Shown here: piece by piece, positions 40,316 to 50,702 of the stretch | Layout: every line of letters begins with the position of its first letter | Position numbering within the stretch: position 1 is the first letter of the stretch | Assembly (NCBI GenBank): GCA_963710605.1 | Contig: CAVQBA010000004.1 | Coordinates: forward strand, 1,312,001 to 1,376,000 | DNA: 64,000 nt | Reading direction: 5' to 3' | Origin: an uncultured cyanobacterium | Lineage (GTDB): Bacteria; Cyanobacteriota; Cyanobacteriia; Cyanobacteriales; Cyanobacteriaceae | Program-made: the position numbers and the translations under genes | The notes under the pieces: generated by a model | Told to the model about the DNA's origin: nothing | The model's input: only the letters and a program-made list of their open reading frames with translations | Databases searched by the model: none

Positions 40316-40764
40316 AATAATTAATTACCAACTATTGTCTAAATGACCACAAGTCTTATGACAGTCGTATTTAGCATAAATCTTGTTTTTGTTTTATTAT
40401 GACATAAATTTTGGCATTCATTTTAACGATCGCTTTTACCGATAAATAAAATAAAGAGTAGATTCTGAGAAAATTATTGAGGATGCGAATCTAGACAAGA
40501 TACAATAGTTTTAGGCTTTCTTTACTCAATAACTATAAATATAGTTTGTCATTAAAATTAGAATTATGTTAAGTTTAGTTAAGAAGCAATTGTTAATTTA
40601 CGTAAACAAACGATTATAGACAAAAATAAACGATCGTCAAAATGAAGCCCTACTCAAGATAAAGTCTTGAAGGGAGTTAGCAAATATCTTAGCAAACAGA
40701 TAATTAAGCGAACACAGACGCTCATAAATTAAATTTGTTTTATTAATAAATAAAAAGAAAAAAT

Positions 40765-42648
40765 ATGAAATCATCTTGGCGAACAGCCTTATTGTGGGCA
40801 GTACCACTTTTAGTAGTTGGATTTTTCATCTGGCAAGGAAGTTTTGCGAGTAATGTAACTCCTAGCAATAACAATACAGCTAGTACTCGTATGACTTATG
40901 GTCGATTTTTAGAGTATCTAGATAAAGGTAGAGTCGGTAGTGTTGATTTATACGAAAATGGACGTACCGCAATCGTTGAAGCGATCAATCCAGAATTAGG
41001 TCAAGTACAAAGATTAAGAGTTGATTTACCCGGTGCTTCACCTGAATTAATCAGTAAATTAAGAGCCGCTGATGTTAACTTCGACACTCACCCAATGCGT
41101 AGCGAAGGTGCTGTTTGGGGTATCTTAGGCAACTTAGTCTTCCCAGTCTTACTTATCGCCTCTTTATTCTTCCTCTTCCGTCGCTCTAGCAATATGCCAG
41201 GTGGCCCGGGGCAAGCAATGAATTTTGGTAAATCCAAAGCACGTTTCATGATGGAAGCCAAAACAGGTATCATGTTCGATGATGTTGCCGGTATTGATGA
41301 AGCTAAAGAAGAATTAGAAGAAGTTGTTACCTTCCTTAAGCAACCTGAAAAATTCACCGCAGTTGGTGCCAGAATCCCTAAAGGTGTCTTGTTAGTCGGT
41401 CCTCCCGGAACTGGTAAAACATTACTAGCTAAAGCGATCGCTGGTGAAGCTGGTGTTCCTTTTTTCAGTATCTCTGGTTCTGAATTTGTTGAGATGTTTG
41501 TCGGTGTTGGTGCATCTCGTGTCCGTGACTTATTTAAAAAAGCGAAAGAAAACGCTCCTTGTTTAATCTTCATCGATGAGATTGACGCAGTAGGGCGTCA
41601 ACGTGGTGCAGGTATTGGTGGTGGTAATGATGAAAGAGAACAAACCCTAAACCAATTACTCACCGAAATGGATGGTTTTGAAGGTAATACAGGTATTATC
41701 GTCATCGCCGCTACTAACCGTGCAGATGTACTTGATAGTGCGTTGATGCGTCCCGGACGTTTCGATCGTCAAGTAATGGTCGATCCACCCGATCTTAAAG
41801 GTCGTGTTGGTGTCTTAGAAGTACACGCTCGTAACAAGAAAATTTCCTCTGATATTTCCATCGAAACTATTGCTCGTCGTACCCCCGGATTTAGTGGTGC
41901 AGATTTAGCTAACTTACTCAACGAAGCGGCTATTTTAACTGCTCGTCGTCGTAAATCCGAAATTACCATGCTCGAAATTGATGCGGCAATCGATCGTGTT
42001 ATCGCTGGTATGGAAGGTACTCCTTTAGTCGATAGCAAAAGTAAACGTCTAATTGCTTATCATGAAGTTGGTCACGCAATCATCGGTACATTACTAAAAG
42101 ACCACGATCCCGTGCAAAAAGTAACCTTAATTCCTCGCGGACAAGCACAAGGGCTTACTTGGTTTACTCCTAACGAAGAACAAGGTTTGACAACTAAAGC
42201 TCAGTTAATGGCAAGAATTGCTGGAGCGATGGGCGGACGTGCGGCTGAAGAAGAGATTTTCGGTCATGATGAAGTAACCACGGGTGCGGGTGGAGATTTA
42301 CAACAAGTTACAGGAATGGCACGTCAGATGGTAACTCGTTTTGGGATGAGTGATATGGGACCGATGTCTTTAGAAGGGCAAGGCGGAGAAGTATTCCTCG
42401 GTGGCGGTGCGATGAATCGTGCTGAATATTCAGAAGAAAGTGCTTCTCGTATTGATGCTCAAGTGCAAGAAATTGCTGAGCATGGTCATCAATTAGCTCG
42501 TACAATCGTCCGTGAAAACCGTCAAGTAATCGATCGTTTAGTTGATCTATTAATTGAAAAAGAAACAATGGATGGTGAAGAATTCCGTCAGATTGTAGCT
42601 GAATATACTGAAGTTCCTGAAAAAGAACAATTTGCACCTCAGTTTTAA
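40765..42648 (+). CDS. ftsH: ATP-dependent zinc metalloprotease FtsH (FtsH2-like)
   Basis: [33 protein letters not shown]. Confidence 0.97.
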   Translation: MKSSWRTALLWAVPLLVVGFFIWQGSFASNVTPSNNNTASTRMTYGRFLEYLDKGRVGSVDLYENGRTAIVEAINPELGQVQRLRVDLPGASPELISKLRAADVNFDTHPMRSEGAVWGILGNLVFPVLLIASLFFLFRRSSNMPGGPGQAMNFGKSKARFMMEAKTGIMFDDVAGIDEAKEELEEVVTFLKQPEKFTAVGARIPKGVLLVGPPGTGKTLLAKAIAGEAGVPFFSISGSEFVEMFVGVGASRVRDLFKKAKENAPCLIFIDEIDAVGRQRGAGIGGGNDEREQTLNQLLTEMDGFEGNTGIIVIAATNRADVLDSALMRPGRFDRQVMVDPPDLKGRVGVLEVHARNKKISSDISIETIARRTPGFSGADLANLLNEAAILTARRRKSEITMLEIDAAIDRVIAGMEGTPLVDSKSKRLIAYHEVGHAIIGTLLKDHDPVQKVTLIPRGQAQGLTWFTPNEEQGLTTKAQLMARIAGAMGGRAAEEEIFGHDEVTTGAGGDLQQVTGMARQMVTRFGMSDMGPMSLEGQGGEVFLGGGAMNRAEYSEESASRIDAQVQEIAEHGHQLARTIVRENRQVIDRLVDLLIEKETMDGEEFRQIVAEYTEVPEKEQFAPQF

Positions 42649-42693
42649 ATAATCAGAGTAAGGACTAAACTCCTTCTTTCTACACCATATACA

Positions 42694-42766
42694 TATAGCA
42701 AGTAATCAATTTGCTTTTGAGGTTCAACTACCCCCAGATGTCCTCATTTACTCGGTTACTGCTATA
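42694..42766. mobile_element. TATAGCA...TGCTATA MITE-like element
   Basis: TATAGCAAGTAATCAA ... CTCGGTTACTGCTATA. Confidence 0.6.
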
Positions 42767-42774
42767 TATTACAC

Positions 42775-42805
42775 AAGAGGTAAGATTAGTCTTGCCTCTT
42801 TTTTT
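42775..42805 (+). terminator. intrinsic terminator downstream of ftsH
   Basis: AAGAGGTAAGA-TTAG-TCTTGCCTCTT followed by a T-run. Confidence 0.75.
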
Positions 42806-42913
42806 AGGTAAAATTAATAGTACAATAATTATTTCCCTATTTTCAATAAAATCAACTTATTTTGACCAGAATAGATTACTCCTAATATATAGTTCTTAAA
42901 AAGACATAAATCT

Positions 42914-43405
42914 ATGAAAATAAACACCAACAAAGAATTAACATTTAATTGGGAAAAATATTGGCAATATTGTGAATCAGTAAGCCAAAGTATAAAACAA
43001 ACTGGTAAATCTTATACCCAAATAATTGCGATCGCTCGTGGTGGATTTTATTTAGGAGATTATCTTTCTCGGCGTTTACAAATTCCTTTATCAGTCATCA
43101 CCGCTAGTAGCTATAACCCCAATAATCAACAACAAGAATTATTATTAGGAAAACTATCATATATTCATCCGCCCAATGGTCATATATTATTAGTCGATGA
43201 TTTGCTTGATACTGGTAAGACGATGGTTGCTGTCAAAAAACAATTAGAGGATGATTGGAATATCCAAATAGACACCGCCGTAATTTGGCAAAAGATAAAA
43301 TGCCAGTGTAAAGCTGATTATTATTATTCTGTCACACCTGATGAACCTTGGATTGTGCAACCTTTTGAACGTGTAGAAAACGATCGTCAAACAATCGAAA
43401 ACTGA
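42914..43405 (+). CDS. type I phosphoribosyltransferase (purine salvage-like)
   Basis: AIARGG, LLVDDLLDTGKT, WIVQPFE. Confidence 0.9.
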   Translation: MKINTNKELTFNWEKYWQYCESVSQSIKQTGKSYTQIIAIARGGFYLGDYLSRRLQIPLSVITASSYNPNNQQQELLLGKLSYIHPPNGHILLVDDLLDTGKTMVAVKKQLEDDWNIQIDTAVIWQKIKCQCKADYYYSVTPDEPWIVQPFERVENDRQTIEN

Positions 43406-43572
43406 TAATCTTCCGATTTAAAAGAATTAAGTTTTTTATTTATTCAAGTTCTATTTTAAAGAGCCTACTCAAACCTGTGCCAATCAAATAAATTGAGTTA
43501 AATAGGGTTGAAGTCTCAATAGATTGACTATTAAGTTTATCTACATCTGTACATCTTCGCCACAGGCTTTAA

Positions 43573-43818
43573 TTCCCCTCCTTTTAAAGGAGGGGCTAGG
43601 GGTGGTTTATTCTCGTTCGCCCAAAATAGCTATCTGCTCAAAATAAATAGCTATCTGCTATTACTACATACATACAATACGATCGATCGAGAGTGGTTAT
43701 ATTTTCTTTTTACTAAAGCGAAAAAAACGGCTAAATTTACTGCTATTTCTTAGTTATAGAAATTCCAAAAATAAGACATGAAACAGCCCTGCTTTTAAAG
43801 GAGGGATTAGGGGTGGTT
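43573..43818. repeat. two GC-rich small dispersed repeats
   Basis: 43573..43607 and 43787..43818 (CCCT.CTTTTAAAGGAGGG..TAGGGGTGGTT), reverse complement of 27861..27895. Confidence 0.8.
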
Positions 43819-43851
43819 CTCGATTTCAACTAACTCATTCTCAATTCTCAA

Positions 43852-45330
43852 TTACTCTTCAGGTACCCAGACTGAAACCGAACCAGCTAGACAGGAAAAC
43901 TCTGCCCAACCATTCTCGTCAGTGACGATTTTATCAGTAATGTGTCCAGTCAGATCGATATAAGTTTGCTTAGGTTGACCAACTTCCATTGATTTTGTAC
44001 CTTCATCGCCATTACTGAGAATAACAGCCATTCCCCCTGAATGCTCTTCATCCCCCAGTCTTGTCCAACCAATGACATTACCATGATCAAAATAATCATA
44101 TTGCTCACCAAAGGCATAATTCTGACGGGCAGACAAAAACTTGTCAATTATCCATTTATGTTCAGCAATCCAAATTTCGTAATCTCCGCCATCGCTTCCT
44201 TTATCCTTATAATTAGCACCATAATAGTCAGCGTAAAAAATACAAGGATAACCATCTCGACGTAATAAAATCAGAGCATAAGCCAACGGTTTAAACCAAG
44301 CCTCAACTACAGATTCAAGTGCTTGTAGCGGTTGAGAATCATGATTATCAACTAAGGTTACTGCCAAAGAAGGTTCTTGTTGAACTAGAGTACCATCAAA
44401 AATAGTACGCATATCATAATCATTACCTACATTACTAGCCTCGCTGAAATTGTAGTGTAAAGGAGCATCAAATAAAGCAATATCTCCTCTTGTTATTTCC
44501 ACAAAATGAAGTAAGGCATCTAAATGATTAGACCAATATTCACCTACAGCGAAAATTTGTTTACCGGCATACTCACGGACATGATTTAACCAATCAGGAA
44601 AAAATCCAGCTTTAACGTGTTTAACTGCATCGAAACGAAAACCATCAACATTAGTAGTATCCATATACCATTCACCCCAATAATTTAGTTCGCCTCGTAC
44701 TTCGGGGTGTTCCATATCCAAATCGCAACCCATGAGGTAAGCAAAAGAACCTTTTTCTAAATCTACTTGCTCGTCAAATCTTTTATCTTTGAATAGATAG
44801 ATAGCATCAGCATCTCCATCATAAACATTATAATCAACTGCATCAAAATGCCACCAATGCCATTCTAACGAAGAATATTTACCATCACGCCCAGGAAAAG
44901 TAAAATGTGTCCAAACTTTAACTGTTTGTTGTTCGCCGATCGCTTCGTGACGGTTATCCGGACTCATTGGTGTTGCTTCAACTTCTTCTTCTAAATCTCC
45001 ACCAAGTTTATGGTTTAAAACCACATCGGCATAAACATGAATACCCGACTCTTGAGCTTTTTTAATCGCATCTACATATTCTTGTTTTGTACCGTATTTA
45101 GTTCTGACAGAACCTTTTTGGTCAAATTCACCTAAATCAAACATATCATAAACGCCATAACCGACATCATAACCTCCTGCTGTTCCTTTGTAAGCAGGAG
45201 GTAACCAAACAGATGTAATTCCTACTTTGGCTAAATCCTCAGCATTTTGGGCTAATTCATTCCACAGATTACCATCAGGTTCGGTGTACCAATGGAAATA
45301 CTGCATCATAACACCATTAAATTCAGACAT
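43852..45330 (-). CDS. amyA: cytoplasmic alpha-amylase (GH13, AmyA-like)
   Basis: MMQYFHWY, DVVLNH, GFRFDAVKH, VGEYW, LVDNHDSQ. Confidence 0.93.
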   Translation of the reverse strand: MSEFNGVMMQYFHWYTEPDGNLWNELAQNAEDLAKVGITSVWLPPAYKGTAGGYDVGYGVYDMFDLGEFDQKGSVRTKYGTKQEYVDAIKKAQESGIHVYADVVLNHKLGGDLEEEVEATPMSPDNRHEAIGEQQTVKVWTHFTFPGRDGKYSSLEWHWWHFDAVDYNVYDGDADAIYLFKDKRFDEQVDLEKGSFAYLMGCDLDMEHPEVRGELNYWGEWYMDTTNVDGFRFDAVKHVKAGFFPDWLNHVREYAGKQIFAVGEYWSNHLDALLHFVEITRGDIALFDAPLHYNFSEASNVGNDYDMRTIFDGTLVQQEPSLAVTLVDNHDSQPLQALESVVEAWFKPLAYALILLRRDGYPCIFYADYYGANYKDKGSDGGDYEIWIAEHKWIIDKFLSARQNYAFGEQYDYFDHGNVIGWTRLGDEEHSGGMAVILSNGDEGTKSMEVGQPKQTYIDLTGHITDKIVTDENGWAEFSCLAGSVSVWVPEE

Positions 45331-45589
45331 CTTTAAATCGCTCCATTAAAAACTAATAAATTATAGTTCAGACAAATTGCAAAAATCAGTCCCCACAAGA
45401 AATGGAAAATGGCGATCGTCTGGGAGTTACAACCCAAAATACCGTTTAGTTTTCTTGTTGATTAGCTGTAATATTAACATTTGTAAAATTATCATTTAAT
45501 CATCCTTTAGACATAGATGATAATTGACCATTGATAATGGACAATTGACAATAAATTTGTTAGGTTAAGTTTTTTGTTATTGGCGTAAG

Positions 45590-45694
45590 TATAGCAGTAG
45601 CCATAACAGTTAGGACAAATATAAAAGCTCAAACTATTAACATATAAGCATTAAACCTTTGCCCCTTGCCCCTTGCCCTTTGCCCTTTGCTATA
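45590..45694. mobile_element. TATAGCA...TGCTATA MITE-like element containing a CCCTTGC-type STRR
   Basis: terminal 7-bp inverted repeat; heptamer array 45656..45690. Confidence 0.5.
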
Positions 45695-45759
45695 TTTTGA
45701 ATAATATTTCAAGCAAATCAGTAAAATAACCTTTGCCCTTTTGACCAAAAAAGGGTGTT

Positions 45760-46134
45760 TTAGACAAGACTACTTTTTTCTTTGATTTTTATTTCTTCCT
45801 TTAATTCTTGGTTGAGGAAATAGTTTAAAAATGTTCTAATCGCCGCTAAAACACCTAATCGAGCTAAAAATTCTAAATCAGGTGCGATCGTTGTTTCCAA
45901 AATATCAGCCCCTAATTGTAATTCTAAAGCGATCGATAACCACAAACCAAATTTGAGTCTCGCTTCAATAAAAGGAAAATTAGTACTACGGCGACGTAGT
46001 TTAATCTTGATGGCTAATTCGATTGTTTTGATTAAACCCATCATCACACAAAGTGCAGAGGCAAACTCTAAAATTATTTGTAAAAATACAACTATATTAC
46101 TTAATAAATGTTCTAAACTTTCGATCAATTCCAT
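45760..46134 (-). CDS. DUF1622 family membrane protein
   Basis: RLKFG.WL..ALELQLGADILETT.AP, IRTFLNYFL..E; start taken at MELIES. Confidence 0.9.
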   Translation of the reverse strand: MELIESLEHLLSNIVVFLQIILEFASALCVMMGLIKTIELAIKIKLRRRSTNFPFIEARLKFGLWLSIALELQLGADILETTIAPDLEFLARLGVLAAIRTFLNYFLNQELKEEIKIKEKSSLV

Positions 46135-46186
46135 AATGCGTGTTATCTTACACAATAGATAATTTTTGATCACATATATGATCACT

Positions 46187-47255
46187 ATGACTACTTTAAA
46201 ACAATTACAACAACAATCCGAAGCAGTTTTTTTAGCTGAAGAAAATACACCCCTTACTTTTAATCAAGATGCTGATATCATCGACTATGATGGTGAAAAG
46301 CTAGTTTTGTGCGATCGTAGTAACTGGGGCATACTTAGCCTCACAAAAGAAGATAGAGCGAGATTTTTACATAACCAAAGCACTAATGATATTGAAGCCT
46401 TAAAAACAGGAAATGGATGCGAGACAGTATTTGTTAATTCTACAGGTAGAAATATAGATTTAGCCACAGCTTACATTCAAGATACACAAATATTGTTAAT
46501 GGTATCTCCTGAGCAAAATAAACATTTGTTTGATTGGATGGATAGATATATTTTTCCTTTTGATAAAGTTGCACTACAAGATTTAACAAGTGAATATGCG
46601 ATTTTTACCCTTATTGGCGATCGAAGTAAAGAAAGTTTGTCACAATGGTTGGATGAAGATTGGCTTAACAACGCACCTGAATATAATCATCAGATAATTA
46701 AAATTGAAGATATTGAAGTTATCGTTACCGTTGGTTGTGGTTTGAAATTGACAGGTTATAACTTAATTATTCCTCAAGCCCAAGCAGATATTATCTGGCA
46801 AAAATTAGTCGAAAAAAACCCAATTTTAATAGGTAGTCAAGGATATGAATATTTAAGAATACAGCAAGGAAGACCAAAACCAGAAGCGGAATTAACCCAA
46901 GATTATAATCCTTTAGAAAGCGGTTTATGGGATGCTATTTCTTTCGAGAAAGGTTGTTATATTGGGCAAGAAACGATCGCTCGTTTGAATACTTATAAAG
47001 GCGTAAAACAAAGATTGTGGGGAATTAAATTAGCTCAGAGCGATCGATTTAGAAACCGATAACATAATTACTCTTGATGGTGAAAAAGTCGGTAAAATAA
47101 CCAGTTATTACCAAACAGATAACAATCAAAATTTAGCTTTAGGTTATATTCGTACCAAAGCAGGTGGAGAAGGTTTAACTGTAAAGGTAGGTAATACTGA
47201 AGCTGAGGTTGTTTCTCTTCCTTTTATTACTCATGAATATTATGGTGGTGAATAG
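46187..47255 (+). CDS. ygfZ: folate-binding protein YgfZ (apparent extra base near 47037)
   Basis: FLHNQSTND, KGCYIGQETIAR; shifted frame continues IDLETDNIITLDGEKVGKITS...ALGYIRTKAGG...* at 47255. Confidence 0.9.
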
Positions 47256-47269
47256 TAGTAAAATTAATG

Positions 47270-47289
47270 ATATAGTAAATTTACTATAT
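47270..47289. promoter_or_regulatory. perfect palindrome, probable antitoxin operator
   Basis: ATATAGTAAATTTACTATAT directly upstream of the toxin gene. Confidence 0.75.
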
Positions 47290-47295
47290 TTTTAG

Positions 47296-47676
47296 TTGAG
47301 AGTCTTAAAATTGAATGAGTTAGACTTACCTGTTATTCGTCCTCTAATTTGGTTAGGAAATAGTAAAAAGAATGTGATTGTTTTTCCTGATGAGGTGAAA
47401 AAATTGCTCGGCGATGAATTACAATTAATTCAATTTGGAGGTATGCCTAAAGATGCAAAACCATTTAAAGGAATTGGTAGTGGAGTTGTTGAGATTGCCA
47501 TTAAATATGATAAAGAAGCTTATCGTTGCATACAGGCATTACAATTAGGGAAAAAAATATATATTCTTCACGCTTTTCATAAAAAATCAAAACAAGGTAT
47601 AAAAACTTCAAAACAAGACATAGATTTAATTAAAAAACGCTATCAAGAAGCATTGGAGTTAGCTAAAAATGATTAA
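47296..47676 (+). CDS. type II toxin, RelE/HigB (Gp49-like)
   Basis: AKPFKGIGSGVVEI, YILHAFHKKSKQGIKT...DIDLIKKR. Confidence 0.9.
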   Translation: MRVLKLNELDLPVIRPLIWLGNSKKNVIVFPDEVKKLLGDELQLIQFGGMPKDAKPFKGIGSGVVEIAIKYDKEAYRCIQALQLGKKIYILHAFHKKSKQGIKTSKQDIDLIKKRYQEALELAKND

Positions 47677-48001
47677 TCATCAAGAAATAGAATTTGAACA
47701 AGGAAGCACTAACGTTTTTGCTGACTTAGGTTTGCACGAAGCAGAAGAACTTTATACTAGATCTCAAATTGGCTTTCATATTTATCAAGTATTAAAAAAG
47801 AAACAATTAAAACAAAAAGAAATCGCATCTTTGTTAGGTATTTCTCAACCAGATGTTTCTCATTTAATGAACGGACATTTTAGTCGTTTTACAACTGATA
47901 AATTACTAGATTTTTTGAAACGTCTTAATCTGAAAGTGACGATCGAAATTAGTCCTCATCAAAATGGTGAAGCTTATCAACAAATTGCTTTTGTTAGTTA
48001 A
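47669..48001 (+). CDS. XRE/HigA-like antitoxin
   Basis: GSTNVFADLG, LKQKEIA.LLGISQPDVS.L, FTTDKL; overlaps the toxin stop. Confidence 0.9.
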   Translation: MINHQEIEFEQGSTNVFADLGLHEAEELYTRSQIGFHIYQVLKKKQLKQKEIASLLGISQPDVSHLMNGHFSRFTTDKLLDFLKRLNLKVTIEISPHQNGEAYQQIAFVS

Positions 48002-48050
48002 ACTTTTAATCACTTTAACTGTCAATTATAGATTGTCCATTAGATTTGTG

Positions 48051-48977
48051 TTATTCAAAATTTCTGAGTTGCTTTGTCGTGAGGGTTGAAACCCTCATTT
48101 TAGCGTTTATATTCTCAGATAACTGTTGAATAAACTCCTTTGTTTTTCTTGGTAGATAAGAGTGAGCAACATAAACAGCATGGACAGGATAACTTTTCAA
48201 AGCATAATTTGGCAAAATTTTACTCACTTCTCCTTTTTCTAGGGCTTCTTGAAAAAGCCACATCGGTCCTAAATGAATACCCAAACCGTTTTTGACTAAC
48301 GCTAAAATTGCATTCACGCTATTGACGGTAATATTACTTTGCATCTTCAAATATGAAAATTTACTTCCATCAGCAAATTCGAGATCGCTTTTAGCCTGAG
48401 TAGGTGAATAGAAAATAAAGTTATAATTTACTAAATCCTCTGGCGTTTTAGGTGTACCAAAGTTTTTTAAATAAGTATTACTAGCTACAAGCACTCTGGG
48501 TACGTTACCAACTTTTTGAGCAATTAGATTAGATTTTGATAGTTTACCAATCCTAACTGCAACATCTATATTTTTCTCAACTAAGTTCATGAAACTACTT
48601 CCTAATAATAACTCAGCCGAAAGTTCAGGAGAATTGTTAAGCATTTCTTGTACTACAGGAACTACAAATTTAGCACCAAAATCAACAGGTGCACTTATTC
48701 TAAGTTTTCCTCGTAGTGTGGTAACTCCACTGGTTATTTCTTCTTCTAAAGCTATTTCTTCATCAAGTAATCTGCGTAAGCCTTGATAGTATTTTTTACC
48801 AAGCTCTGTCGGATGGGTTTGGCGTGTCGATTGATGAAGTAATTTTACATTAAGACGTTTTTCTAATGTGGCTATCTTACGGCTAACAGATGAAGGCTCA
48901 ACGTGCATTTGTTCTGCCGCTTTTTTAAAACTCCCTGCTTCAACTACTTGAATAAATAATTTTTGAAGACTATACAT
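48051..48977 (-). CDS. LysR family transcriptional regulator
   Basis: GSFKKAA...SSVSRKI..LE.RL HTH and substrate-binding domain. Confidence 0.93.
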   Translation of the reverse strand: MYSLQKLFIQVVEAGSFKKAAEQMHVEPSSVSRKIATLEKRLNVKLLHQSTRQTHPTELGKKYYQGLRRLLDEEIALEEEITSGVTTLRGKLRISAPVDFGAKFVVPVVQEMLNNSPELSAELLLGSSFMNLVEKNIDVAVRIGKLSKSNLIAQKVGNVPRVLVASNTYLKNFGTPKTPEDLVNYNFIFYSPTQAKSDLEFADGSKFSYLKMQSNITVNSVNAILALVKNGLGIHLGPMWLFQEALEKGEVSKILPNYALKSYPVHAVYVAHSYLPRKTKEFIQQLSENINAKMRVSTLTTKQLRNFE

Positions 48978-48985
48978 ATCTATTT

Positions 48986-49002
48986 ATTGCTGATAACGCA
49001 AT
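48986..49002. promoter_or_regulatory. LysR-type binding site (T-N11-A)
   Basis: ATTGC-N7-GCAAT between divergent lysR and SDR genes. Confidence 0.7.
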
Positions 49003-49125
49003 TTATAATTGCATTTTATCCTACTACCCTTATTTTTATCAATTAGTTAAAATATTTGAGCAGGTGGAATTACGGACTGAAAAACAGGCTAGTCATTGCA
49101 TGAAAATTTTAATCCTCAAAAAACT

Positions 49126-49881
49126 ATGTCCAAAAATGATTTAACCGATAAGATTGTTCTTGTTACAGGTGGTGCGAAAAATCTAGGAGGACTTATTAGT
49201 CTAGAGTTTGCTAGTAAAGGAGCAAAGATAGTTGTTCATTACCATAGTAAGACCACACAAAAGGATGCAGAAGCTACAGTAAAAGCTATTCAACAATTAG
49301 GTAATAAAGCTTTTGCTATCCAAAGTGATTTAACCAAAATAGATAATATTACTGCTTTATTTGAGCAAACTAAAGAACGATTTGGTGGAATAGATATTTT
49401 AGTTAATACGGTAGGCAAAGTATTACGTAAACCGATCGTTGATACTACCGAAGCTGAATTTGATTTTATGTTCGATGTTAATGCTAAAACTGCTTATTTT
49501 TTGATCAAAGAAGCAGGGAAACATCTTAATGATAATGGCAAGATAATTACGATCGTCACATCTTTATTAGCGGCATTTACAGATGGTTACTCAACTTATG
49601 CGGGTGCAAAAGCTCCAGTAGAAGACTTCACCCGTGCGGCGGCAAAAGAGCTTGCCAATAGAGGGATTTCGGTTACTGCGATCGCTCCAGGACCAATGGA
49701 TACACCTTTTTTCTATGGAGAAGAAACACCAGAGAGGGTCGAATTTCATAAATCACAAGCAATGGGTAATCAATTGACTCAAATTGAAGATATAGTTCCG
49801 ATTGTCAGATTTTTAGCCACAGAAGGTTGGTGGATAACTGGTCAAACAATCTTCGCTAATGGGGGTTATACCACAAGATAA
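49126..49881 (+). CDS. short-chain dehydrogenase/reductase
   Basis: TGGAKNLG, YAGAK (YxxxK), PGPMDTPFF, ANGGYTTR. Confidence 0.93.
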   Translation: MSKNDLTDKIVLVTGGAKNLGGLISLEFASKGAKIVVHYHSKTTQKDAEATVKAIQQLGNKAFAIQSDLTKIDNITALFEQTKERFGGIDILVNTVGKVLRKPIVDTTEAEFDFMFDVNAKTAYFLIKEAGKHLNDNGKIITIVTSLLAAFTDGYSTYAGAKAPVEDFTRAAAKELANRGISVTAIAPGPMDTPFFYGEETPERVEFHKSQAMGNQLTQIEDIVPIVRFLATEGWWITGQTIFANGGYTTR

Positions 49882-50108
49882 ATCAATAATTAATAATTAA
49901 TAATTACCTCTGGCATGAAAAGAAGAGGATTGACTAATTATGTACATTTTTATTTTTTATCCTCAACCAAGGGCAAGTTTTGAACCACAATTTTTCGGTA
50001 ATAAAAAATAATATCAAGGTAATTAAATTTTTAGACAAAAGCAAATTTTTGTATCTTGATTAGGTCTGATCAAAATTTCAATACTAATATTATAGGAGTA
50101 GTTAATTA

Positions 50109-50513
50109 ATGAACTTTATTCAAATGAAAACATTTAATTCAATTATGTTTTTTAGTTTGCTTTGGAGTGGAATAGGGTTTGCCCCTTTCGTCGCAAATGC
50201 TAGTTCACGGATAGAATCAAATAATCTTTTGAGTCGGCATCAAAGAGTGGACAAAACTTTTGAATGTGGTGGCAAATTTACAGTCTCGATCGAGGAAAAT
50301 GCTTCTGGCTATTCTTACACAGCCGTTAACGTTCGTGGTGATGATCTTGTTATCGATGGTGGAACATCTCACACAGGTCGTAATTACGCAATCATCTATG
50401 TATTTTCTTACGAAGGTACAGAGTACATATTAGAAGATTACGGAACTAAAAAAGCCGATTTGAGCATAGCAACTTATCCTCAAAAGCCAGTAACCTACCG
50501 TTGCGTCGAATAA
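50109..50513 (+). CDS. small secreted hypothetical protein
   Basis: signal peptide (..VANA), two Cys flanking a beta-rich domain, AGGAG RBS. Confidence 0.7.
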   Translation: MNFIQMKTFNSIMFFSLLWSGIGFAPFVANASSRIESNNLLSRHQRVDKTFECGGKFTVSIEENASGYSYTAVNVRGDDLVIDGGTSHTGRNYAIIYVFSYEGTEYILEDYGTKKADLSIATYPQKPVTYRCVE

Positions 50514-50702
50514 AATACTTGTAGTTGGTTAGGTTACAAAAAATGAAGACTAAAAACACCTAATCTGATAACTCAATCAATCGGGCGATCGACTATATTA
50601 ACGTTGTCTTAGTGTAACAGTAACTAACAAAGCCAATTATACCAAAATAGATCGAGATAAGTAATTCATTGACGATTGTTAGTTTTTTTAAGGAGGTTAG
50701 TG

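Noticed and set aside
41088-42637. Antisense ORFs of 89-161 aa within ftsH (similar ones lie within wecA-like, dctM and ctaA)
   Set aside because: Antisense shadows of conserved genes
42711-42899. 62-aa ORF after ftsH
   Set aside because: Spans a MITE-like element and a terminator; TTG start, no recognisable motif
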